Shown here: positions 46,395 to 56,067 of the stretch, piece by piece
Numbering within the stretch: the stretch's first letter is position 1
Layout: each line of letters starts with the position of its first letter
DNA from: Utricularia gibba
Taxonomy: Eukaryota > Plantae > Magnoliophyta
DNA: 64,000 nt
Assembly (NCBI GenBank): GCA_002189035.1
Contig: NEEC01000019.1
Span: 682,001 to 746,000 of the forward strand
Reading direction: 5' to 3'
Made by a program: the position numbers and the translations under genes
The notes under the pieces: generated by a model
Databases searched by the model: none
What the model saw: only the letters and a program-made list of their open reading frames with translations
What the model was told of the DNA's origin: nothing

Positions 46395-47665
46395 TCAAAC
46401 AACATAACTGTATTAAATCTATTATAAAACAACTTATATTTTGATATCAAACAAGCGTTAGTGTTCTGAAATTGTTGGGAGCGCACATGGAATGGAAGCA
46501 CCAGCTGGGCGGTTGGGTGGTTGAGTTCCTGGAAGCGAGTTTTTATTGCACCATGAAACCCGTAGGGACGACGAGTGGGATGAAGTTGTCATTGCTCCAG
46601 GGCCGGGCAGGGGCAGGCGCAGGGGCAGGGGCAGGGCTGCCGGCTCCCTCCTTTTGGAATTACGCTTGTCCTCTTCTGTTTTGGCCTCCCCAACCCCCCA
46701 TTATTAAATCACACCCACACACCACAAAAAAAAATAATAAAAAAAATTTGATCTCCATCTTTTTTTAAAATTTTTAAAAAATATATTATAATTTCAGCAC
46801 ATGGTAATTCCAAGACCGGAGATGGGTGGCGTACCACGTGGCTAATAAATAGGGGGGCCTTCGCCGCTGGGCCTCGGGGTAAGGATAGCCCGGCTCGGTA
46901 TGGATAAGGCTTGCGACCCGTTTGAAAATGGGCTGACCAATGGACCCGTTTGTAAATGGGCTGTGGTTTTTTTTTTAAATTTTTATTTTTGTGTTGGGAA
47001 AAAATTGGGGGAGGGATTTTTTCGACGATAATTATGTGGATAAGATTTCTCCAGAGCAACGGAAATTTTCGACCCCCGCTCAGCTTCATGCACATTGGCC
47101 ACTCGCCAGTCTCCTGGCCTCAGGCGCAGGTAATTTCCTTTCCATTTAGTTTATCTTCTGGGAGTTGTTGATTTTGAAAACCGTTGATGATCGTCGTTTT
47201 TTAGTGTTGAATGGAAGACTGGTTCTTGTTTGTCTCTGCGACTATGGAACGTGTAAAGTTTGCCTTCAAGGACCCTTTGAATATTCGTCGCGTTTCATTG
47301 AATAGCCTTGTTAACTTAGTCTGATGTATTGCTCCATTTTGGGCTTCAGTTGGTTTGCCTGGGAGTAAAATGAGCCAGTGGTTTTTTGTGCTATTGCACT
47401 TTTTATGAAAAAAATTTAAGATGCTTATTGGTCAAAGCTACTTTGTTTCCCTGGTTTCAATTTGGGTGCAACTATGAGAAGATTTCCATCATGATGTTAA
47501 AGATATTGCACATGAATTGCAGATACAGATTTATGGATTTGCGCTTTTTTTATGAAGGATAACAGCAGTTGGAGAGCCTAGCAATAATAGTATCCAGTCA
47601 ATATAAGAGTAGGGAAGCAGGAGCATGGGACAGTAATCAGAGATTTGAAAATTACGGCTTAAGAA

Positions 47666-49985
47666 ATGGCGGTAACGTTTATACCTGCTTATGTGGATTT
47701 GCGCTATCACTTTTAATGTTCAAATGATTATCAAAATTCAATTGTACATGCGATGGCCTGAAAGTTTCATATGTTAAATTTTCAAAGTCATTTCAAAGTT
47801 TTATGCTGGTTCGTCTCAGTTGACTATCTTCAGTTTGTATGGATGGATAGTACCATACCGACTGAATGATCACCTGTTGTGAAAACACTGGTCTCACTCT
47901 ATTGTTTCAGCAGAATTACATTTCTCAGTGTCATTTGCTGCGTCTTTTCTGATTGATTTTCCTGAGAATACCTGCATTTTTCTGCTATTTGATCCACTGC
48001 ATGTTCTTTTATCAGGAAGTGGGGTTACAAGAGAAGCAAATGCATTCTTTTTCAACCTCATCTGGTCAATATAATCAATTCTCATGTCCAATATGTTTGA
48101 GCAATGAAAGTTGTCAAATTGTTCGGTCAAGAACCAAGTTGATGAATACTCTGATAGACAAGGGAAAGCCTCGTGAAGTACATACTCTTTTCAAATCATT
48201 ATCAGAAGAGGGACACAGACCTTCACTCGTCACTTACACCACAGTTTTGGCAGCTCTGACTATGCAGAAGCGTTTTAAGGCCGTTTCTTCCCTCCTTTCC
48301 AGTGTAGAGAAGGATGGACTTAAGCCGGACTCAATATTTTACAATGCAATAATCAATGCTTTCTCTGAATCGGGTAATATGGATGAGGCAATGAAATTAT
48401 TCAAGAAAATGAAGGAAAGTGGATGCAAGCTAACGACAAGCACCTTCAACACATTAATTAAGGGATTCGGCATTGTAGGCAGGCCTGAAGAATCCTTCAA
48501 ACTATATGACTCGATGTCAGCTGAAGAAGATGTGAAGCCGAATGACAGGACATTCAATATTCTTATTAGAGCTTGGTGCAACAAGGGAAACACTGAAGCA
48601 GCATGGGATATAGTGTATAGAATGATTTCAGCTGGACAGAAACCTGATGTTGTAACGTATAATACAATTGCAAAGGCTTATGCTCAGAAGGGAGAAACCA
48701 GCAAAGCTGAAGCTATGATTTATCAGATGCAAAATGACAAAGTTGAACCCAATCAGCGTACTTGTGGTATTATTCTAGATGGCTACAGCAAGGAAAGGAA
48801 TATGCAAGCTGCAATTAGGTTCTTGCATAGAATGAAAGAGCTCAGAGTGCAACCAAATCTTGTTATTTTCAACTCACTGATCAAGGGGTATCTCGATACC
48901 AATGACCCGGATGGTGTTAATGAGGTGAAGTTAGTAATAGAGTAGTACCAAACTTGCTGTTTTCAGTCGAACAATTACCTCATGCATTTTGTTATGTGAA
49001 TTTACTTGATGCTAATTTTGTGGCAGCATCATATTTCAGTACAAGTGTGTGAATGTGTCTTCCCTAACTGCCCTTTATTATTTGAACATTTCTTTGTTGA
49101 TAGGCCCTTTCTTTGATGGAGGAGTTTGGTGTGAAGCCTGATGTGGTAACATACAGCACCATCATGAATGGGTGGAGTTCCAGTGGAATGATGGACAAAT
49201 GCCAAGAGATATTTGATGATATGACAAAGGGAAATATCGAGCCAGATGCCCATGCCTACAGCATTCTTGCTAAAGGATATGTTCGAGCTGGAGATCCCGT
49301 AGAAGCAGAAGGGGTCCTGAAGCAGATGGCGAAAGCTGGTATTCATCCGAATGTTGTCATATTCACTACAATCATTGCGGGTTGGTGCAATGCTGGGAAG
49401 ATGGAGCATGCCCTGGAAGCATATGAGATGATGTGCGAGATGGACATATGTCCAAACATGAGGACTTTTGAAACGCTCATATGGGGATATGGAGAGGCCA
49501 AGCAGCCCTGGAAAGCGGAGGGAATCTTCAAAATCATGGAAACAAAAGGCATCCAACCTCGGAAGAGAACCAGACAGCTTGTGGCTGATGCATGGCGAGC
49601 CATTGGCTTCGTGAGTGAAGCCAAGAGGATCATGGATGGCTCAGTGGATGGCCATCACACTCGCACGCAGGAGCAAAACGTTAACAGCAACGGCAACTTC
49701 AAGGAAAAAAGCGGTCCGATAGAGCTGCAGAGTGAATCTCCTTCAGCCGCCTTCATGGCTCATGGGGATGCCTTGAAGCAGCATAACGGTGGAAGCACAG
49801 GCACTGGGAAGCACCACATGGTGCTGAATACTTCTTCATCATGGCGGTCCAGATGCATCATCTCCATTGCCAAACATTCCAGCCCATGCGGGTTCAAAGG
49901 GAAAACAGAACTGATAAAAAGAATGCAGTTCACTTCCATGGGAAAGGAGGTTTGTCCAGTGCACCCGTGCAAGGTGATATGCTGA
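47666..49985 (+). CDS. P-class pentatricopeptide repeat protein (At5g21222/At5g25630-like)
   Basis: Tandem 35-aa repeats ([60 protein letters not shown]) after VRSRTKLMN; intron 48925-49103. The start (micro-exon ATG GCG at 47666 spliced to 48016) and the 3' end are inferred. Confidence 0.9.
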
Positions 49986-50301
49986 ATGAGTTGCCGTTTT
50001 GTTCAGCATGTTCATTTCCACTTGTTTGTATTCCCATTTCTAAACATTCAGCTCCAATTGTTAAAGGAAATCCCGCTTACTTTTATGAGGCTTCACAAAT
50101 AACATGAAGATTTGTCTTTACGGCTAGCTTTCTGCCCACAAGGTCCCATGGGCAGAAATTCAAAGACAACGTGGTGATTATAAACGCCAAAATACGCCAC
50201 AAATGAAGGAAGCTACCATTGCAGCCAAATTATAGATTCATCATCATATTACTTATTACAATTCCGAACACGACCATTCTACAAGAACAGTAGTAGTGGT
50301 T

Positions 50302-50430
50302 AAATGTCAACATTTTGGAAGCTCGCCGCTCATTGCAATGGGGCAGCAATCCTCCTGCGTAGGAACTGCAATTCTCCATCGACTGATATGTTAACATGAT
50401 GAAGAGGAGCATATCTTCTAATGGAATCAC
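50302..50430 (-). ncRNA. Possible H/ACA snoRNA (weak)
   Basis: Two hairpins (gattccatt/gatgg with gatatg/catatc; gctgc-cattg/caatg-gcggc) and a 3' ACA+3 nt (acattt). The H box is non-canonical (agaatt). Lies within the snoRNA cluster. Confidence 0.3.
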
Positions 50431-50443
50431 CAAGTCAACTGAA

Positions 50444-50524
50444 GCAACTCAGTCCCTTAGATGTTCAGAATGATGCGATCATATCCGCAGTCATTACAGG
50501 TCTGTAAGAACTCATCATCGTTAC
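50444..50524 (-). ncRNA. Box C/D snoRNA, snoR19-like (U25/snR56 counterpart), two 18S guides
   Basis: Stem GTAAC/GTTGC, box C ATGATGA, guide TACAGACCTGT before D' ATGA, guide GAACATCTAAGGG before D CTGA. The guides pair with adjacent 18S segments ACAGGUCUGUG and CCCUUAGAUGUUC. Confidence 0.92.
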
Positions 50525-50573
50525 TTCAACATATCATCACCTTGGAGCTAAACACAAAAAAGCTTTTAATGGT

Positions 50574-50703
50574 TGATGTAGCTGCCCAAGTGTTCTCCAC
50601 ACATAATAAATGAGGAAGTGACAAGAGCAGCACGCATGATTTTGCTTCTAGGGAACGAGTTGAAAGGAAATGAAGTGAAGACCAGTCAACCAGATAGCGA
50701 AGC
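50574..50703 (-). ncRNA. Candidate box H/ACA snoRNA
   Basis: Hairpin 1 cttc..gttga/tcaac..gaag, hinge containing ANANNA (aaatca), hairpin 2 gctgctc/gggcagc, then ACA plus 3 nt (acatca); about 130 nt. Target not identified. Confidence 0.6.
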
Positions 50704-50748
50704 TATAGTCCCAAGTTTAAATCTTGTGTGAAAATAATAGTTAAAAAA

Positions 50749-50828
50749 GGCCTCATTGAGAAGATTAGACTGTCTACACAAATTGCTTCAGACATATGCT
50801 TGTCATGGTAAATTTTTAATCATCGGCC
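50749..50828 (-). ncRNA. Box C/D snoRNA, U27/snR74-like (18S Am28)
   Basis: Stem GGCC/GGCC, box C GATGATTA, guide GACAAGCATATG before D' CTGA pairing with 18S 5' CAUAUGCUUGUC. The terminal D box is the variant ATGA. Confidence 0.88.
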
Positions 50829-50894
50829 TACACAAAGACTGAAAATACAGAACACCAACACATGCCACGAAACAGAACTAAGATCATAAATGTT

Positions 50895-50973
50895 GTCATC
50901 AGATAGGAGCGAAAGACATTCATAATAATCATTGGTATGATCATTTGAACTATGCTTCTGATCCTCATTTGAC
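50895..50973 (-). ncRNA. Box C/D snoRNA, U80/snR60-like (two 25S guides)
   Basis: Stem GTCA/TGAC, box C ATGAGGA, guide GCATAGTTCA before D' ATGA, C' ATGATTA, guide GTCTTTCGCTCCTAT before D CTGA. Pairs with 25S UGAACUAUGC and AUAGGGGCGAAAGAC; D+5 gives yeast-equivalent Am817 and Gm908. Confidence 0.93.
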
Positions 50974-51064
50974 CAGAACAAAAAGAAATTTTCTGAAACT
51001 ACAAAACAACGGCAATACGGAGGCGAATCAAGGTAAAAGATAGAAATATAAACATGAAGAAACA

Positions 51065-51136
51065 AGCCTCAGAAGGAAGGCAGTAGTGTTATGTAATCAC
51101 AAGTTTTCATGGACACCACGTAAATCATCATCGGCT
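51065..51136 (-). ncRNA. Box C/D snoRNA guiding 18S Am420 (yeast numbering; snR52/SNORD83-type site)
   Basis: Stem AGCC/GGCT, C ATGATGA, D' ATGA, C' GTGATTA, guide CTGCCTTCCTT directly before D CTGA; complementary to 18S AAGGAAGGCAG. Confidence 0.9.
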
Positions 51137-51256
51137 GATTAACCCAGAAACACAAACGCACATAGAAAACTCCAGAATAAGGTAAAAGATCCAACATTCA
51201 CAAGAAAACACGAAAAACGAACGAATTTAGAGATGAAAGGAAATGCACGAAAACTA

Positions 51257-51358
51257 TGGACTCAGTTTATGGGTGGTGATATATCAGAATGGTCGGCATG
51301 GCAGGATGAATGCCAATACGACGAACGAGACCTATCACAAAATCGATCTTCATCGCCC
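51257..51358 (-). ncRNA. Box C/D snoRNA with two 18S guides (snoR32-like)
   Basis: Stem TGGGC/GTCCA, box C CGATGA, guide AGGTCTCGTTCGT (18S ACGAACGAGACCU), internal hairpin ttggcat/atgccga, guide CACCACCCATA before D CTGA (18S UAUGGGUGGUG). D' box is degenerate. Confidence 0.85.
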
Positions 51359-51514
51359 AGACTCCAATACATGAAACCACACAAGGTGAAATAGATTCTG
51401 AAAACCCCAACTACATCGTAGATCCGGAGCGCTCATGGAAGGATTTGAGATGTCGCGATCTTAAAATAGGAGAAAGACGCCGGATCCAGACGTCGTAGGT
51501 CGGCGTTCCGAGCG

Positions 51515-51593
51515 GTATTTATCAATTTCATGTCAAACCCTAACCCTAATGATCGTGGGCCTATTCTTAATGGGTCCAGTAGTTTACGGCCCG
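51515..51593 (-). promoter_or_regulatory. Site II + telo-box + TATA promoter module of the snoRNA cluster
   Basis: Site II-like TGGGCC (51556-51561), tgggtcca and ggcccg; telo-box AAACCCTAACCCTAA (51535-51549); ATAAATA on the minus strand (51522-51516), in the order expected for minus-strand transcription. Confidence 0.75.
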
Positions 51594-52397
51594 AAAAAAG
51601 ATTTGGTCCAAATAGTTCGTTCACAGCCCGAACTTCAAGGAATGGACGCTTTTCCGGGTTTGGCGCGAAGCTTCATCCACAGCCACTCAGCCAGCCCCTT
51701 CGCTTTTAGGTCGGTTTACTGTTTGCCTTTCCATTCATTCTGGATGTTTGTCTTCTTGTTTTTGTTTTCTGGGAAACCCATTGCTCGTTGGGTAGTAGGG
51801 ATGGTTGCAGAGGAGTCATCCATGCAGAAATCGAGTCCCCTTCACTTCCGCAAGGTGTTTGCTTTAAGTCCTAGCGAGTAATATGGTTCAATGAGATGGG
51901 ATGGGAAATAGGAGAGATGTTGATGAGTAGTGAATGATCTGCAAGGTGTTGGTGGCTCAAAGATATGTGCTGAAGCAGCATCAGGGACTTCCAAGAAGTA
52001 TATCCCTGATGCTGTCACGAGCATCAGGATACTCCGATCCTTGGGGAGATGAAACTCTCAATCTCAGTTACACATAAGAAGCTTGGAATGATGTAAATGA
52101 AATGCATTCAGGGATATGATGATACACTGCAGGAAACACCTTTCCAAAGGGTTTTCTATAAATAATTGTGCAAGCATCACTGGCCACAAATTTGTGACAT
52201 TTACAGAAACTATCCCAGCATCTATGTAAAAGAATGGAATGGTACAAAGCATTGAAGTTGGTCGATCAATTATCTGGATTCCTCCTTTGTTGCAGTTGGA
52301 CTTCGTACAACTTCATAACTTCAATGTAACTTATGCTGCGTTAATGCCTCAAGTCGAGGAGTCTTGGGAGGGATTCTCTCAATGCCCCCAACACTCT

Positions 52398-55300
52398 TCA
52401 GATGTGTTTGTTCTCCAGGAATGAGGCAATGCTGACAGCAACCGCAGCAGTCCTGAGAGAAATGGGAAGATTGGCAAGGCCGTTGCTCAGTGGCTGTACA
52501 TCTTTGGAATCGGACACAGGCAGCGAAGAGGTCAACTCTTTTTCATTGGCTGATTCTGTTTGCAAAAGAGAAGAGTATCTTGTTTCTGCACAAGGAACAC
52601 AAGATATAGGACATGTCAGCGAACTGTATGAATGATGAGCAAGCCCACATTTTGGGATCAGTAGCAGAGATATCGCCAATACTCATGAATCCAACAACGC
52701 AGCAACAAAAGAAAATGACACGAACTTGCCTTTTATTTCCCCCAAAGTGATGAGCCTGTTAAGGCATTCTCGAAACTTTGTTAAAACTATTCGTTCTTGC
52801 TCGGCATATGACTTGGTTACTCCACGCTCAAGTGGCAACTGGGAAGACATGTTATTATCAACCTCTAACCTCTTAGGAGAAGCAGTGAACATGGCATCTT
52901 TTTCATCACACATTAGAGCTGCAGTACTGGGAGAAACCGGTCTCCCTTTAGATGAATCAGCTCCATCTGAATAGAATTCCTCTGGTCCAGTTTTCTCTGC
53001 CTGATCATCAAATGAAGATGCATCATTGGGAGTTTTCTCATGGGTTGAAGGCTCCGATGTCTGAAGTATTGAAGTAGGCGCTGCTCTAAGGTTTTCAGCC
53101 TGCTTTTCTACATCTCTTTCATCTGTAACCATCAGAAGTACACCATCCGCAACATATAACTCAACCGAAATTGGCAAATGATCTTTTTTTTTTTTAACTA
53201 AATCAGCGATTGTGAACATAAGATCAGATAAATTGAGATGAGAAATCATGCAAAATCGTAATGAAGACAACGATTAATGAATGAAACGTTGCTGACAATT
53301 ATTTATTTTTAAATAAACACAATTTATATTGAAGACACGAAGAGAAATTATGAGAAGCAATATTGAAATAAAACCAGAAACAATAATTGGCACAATCTAT
53401 AAACATTGTAACCAAAAAATACAATTCAGCAGTCAAAGGAGATATGATAAATCTAAAGCACAAAAAAAAAAGAACACCTGCTAGCATCTTTGCAGTTTGT
53501 CCAGAATAAACTACAAGCACTGAACAAAGTTCCTTCAAATCCTGTGGCTGAATAATATCGGCCAAGAGGGACCTTCAACAGCAGTTTCCTGGTTAGTCTC
53601 CAGCCTAAAAGAAAAATAAAGAATGAAAGTACTCCCATACCTATAAGCGAACTTTGAAGGACCTCGGCCTGGAATTCCACCAGGCCGAACAGCAGGAGTT
53701 GAAGATGAGGGAATAGAGGCTCTATCATTGTGACTAGCCTGGTAATAAAAAACACAAAAAATATAAATAAGTAGGTAAAAGAGGCCCTGAAATATTTGAA
53801 GTTTGGATAAAAGTTTGTGTTCCTCGTCAAATGGAGAACACATGAACAAATGAGCTTGCCTTTATTTCAAACGGATTTTTACCTGTTGAAACTGTCCAAG
53901 CTTGCTTACAGGATCTTTTAGTGTCGACCCAAAACAGAGATCCTGTCCCTTCCTTTTTTTGTTATACGGGAGAGTGCCAAATCCAGATGACCCAATCGCA
54001 CCTGTAATTGCAGCATTTGCTGCCTGCTGGATAAATGACATGTTAGCATGATCGCCATGAAAGAGAGCCTGCCTCTCTTCACTTCCTTCAAAATTCTTGC
54101 AATCCATGCATTTACAATTTTCAGAACAGAGTATGTTTGCTTGGAAACATTCACAATACTTCTTGAGGCACCCTGATTTCTTGCAGTGGCATCCTTTATT
54201 GTGCTTTCCTGTAGCTAAACCATCTTCATCCTGCATTAACAACATTGTATCTCCCATTTAATGTTTTTGGTTAGAAACTAACGCAAGGAAATGTAAGGAC
54301 ATTGGAAATACATCGCAGAATTTTAATGCTCAATCCCCCCACTGAAACCCCCGACAACACATCTGCGTTTAGAAGCATGCAGTTTTCCATTTCTCATTTT
54401 TCTACTTCATTCAAGAGAAAGATAAAATAGCATTAGCGTAGATTTCTTTATAGCAAAAATTGAAAAGTGAGTCAAGCTTACTCATCCAACCTCAATGCTT
54501 CAGGAATGTATCAGAATATCCAATTCTTACATTGAAATACGGCTTTGAAAGAAAAGGAAACTTTCAAAATGGCATTCCAAGTTGTGCTATTACCCGGCTA
54601 TCCCTAGCTCCATGTGGACTGCTAGCAATTTTTGGCCTAAAAGCATTTGGATTGCGCTCCAATGTTGCACCAACAGCTTCACGTCTTGCAGCTTCATTCT
54701 CGACATTGTTGTGGCAATTCACACAGTTGCAGCCATCACAATAGATTCCAGAGGCAAAACATTCACAATACCTGATCAGCAATAATTGATGAACTAACCT
54801 TAATAAAACAGGAAGCATGCGGTTCAGAAATACACAGTTTTTAAGATGACAAACGCTACAAGAACACCAGAAAAGTAAGAAAAATAAAAAAAAATTGGTG
54901 TTAGACACTGCAAAAGATATGATGCACATGTTTAGCAGTAGGGAATCAGACAATCATCAGCTTTGATATATCTTCGATATCACCGTAACAACGATCAAAA
55001 CCTATTTGAAGGTGTCTTTGCATTCAAGTAAACAAAGAAAAAAACATAACTTCTTCCCAGATACAAGGCACATCTAAGTGGATACCACAACATGCATGTA
55101 TTAAAAGATGGAAGAGCAAACTGCTTACAACTTCAAACACCGTGAATGCTTGCAATTACACTGTTTTTGCTTTTTCGGAGTACCGTCTCTTGCTTCATTT
55201 AAATGTTGCCTCCCTCGCGATCTTGGTGATTCAGGGTTCCTGTTTGGAAAAAGAAAAGGAAAATGAAGGTATCAGTCTCGTAATCCAACTAACAAGATGA

Positions 55301-56067
55301 ATCCAAATGACATCCAAAATAAGGGAATGTGTCAAAAAGATTGAGTAGATGCTCTAAAATCATGCAGACAATGCACTATTTCTCAAAGTGCAGATCTTTG
55401 TATCATACGCAACAAACGTCCCTCTCTAAATGTAACTGGCAGTAACATGTGGAACTAAAAAAACTCGATTTCAATTCACCCAGAAGGAAAACAACTAAAA
55501 AGCACGTCAACCGAGTGTGAGCGAAAGCAATGAACTCACTTATATTACAGTTATATTACTAGAATAAAATAAATGATGCCTCGAAGACTTCAAACTCATT
55601 GAATAACAGCATAGAATAAGAACATTAAAGCTCAAACCATTGAAACGGAAAAAGGTAATACCATAAACAAACGAAAAAGGAAAGGCGGTGATTTCCTGAA
55701 ATATGCGAATAAAGTTTGATAGTCACAGCTCAAAGACGACTTACATAAAAGGGCGTGTGACAGAATTGTTAAGTGGCCCAGGTAGCTGAGAGGGGTTTTG
55801 TATCCCCATGAACGGCATCTGCTGGGGAGGAAGCTTTGTTGACTGGATGGGTTTTGCCATCTGCGGTATCGGAGACTGAGGCGGCGGCTGGATGGGTTTT
55901 GCCGTCTGTTGCTGCTCCACCGCTGACGGACCGCTACTGATGTCAGTGAAATCCAGCTGCCTCACAAGCTTCCTAGCCGGAAAATCCACGACCGCGGTGG
56001 AATACGACTCCGATACCGAAGGCGGCGGGTTGTTTGGAGGTAATTCCCCACCCTCCCTTTGGTCCAT
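52398..56067 (-). CDS. Tesmin/TSO1-like CXC (CPP) domain protein, TCX5/6-like DREAM component
   Basis: [10 protein letters not shown] motif; CXC1 [34 protein letters not shown]; linker [10 protein letters not shown]; CXC2 [37 protein letters not shown]; C-terminal [11 protein letters not shown] and [12 protein letters not shown]. Confidence 0.95.

Noticed and set aside
46050-46460. Possible older Tourist-like element hosting the hAT MITE
   Set aside because: Only a short ttgtttg core and TAA flanks match; insufficient.
50160-50248. Extra box C (ATGATGA at ~50240, minus strand) as a further C/D snoRNA
   Set aside because: No CTGA at a suitable distance, no terminal stem and no rRNA-complementary guide I could identify.
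51914-51982. Plus-strand TTGATGA...CTGA pair resembling a C/D snoRNA
   Set aside because: The pre-D sequence is not antisense to rRNA, the stem is offset and weak, and it lies on the opposite strand from the cluster.
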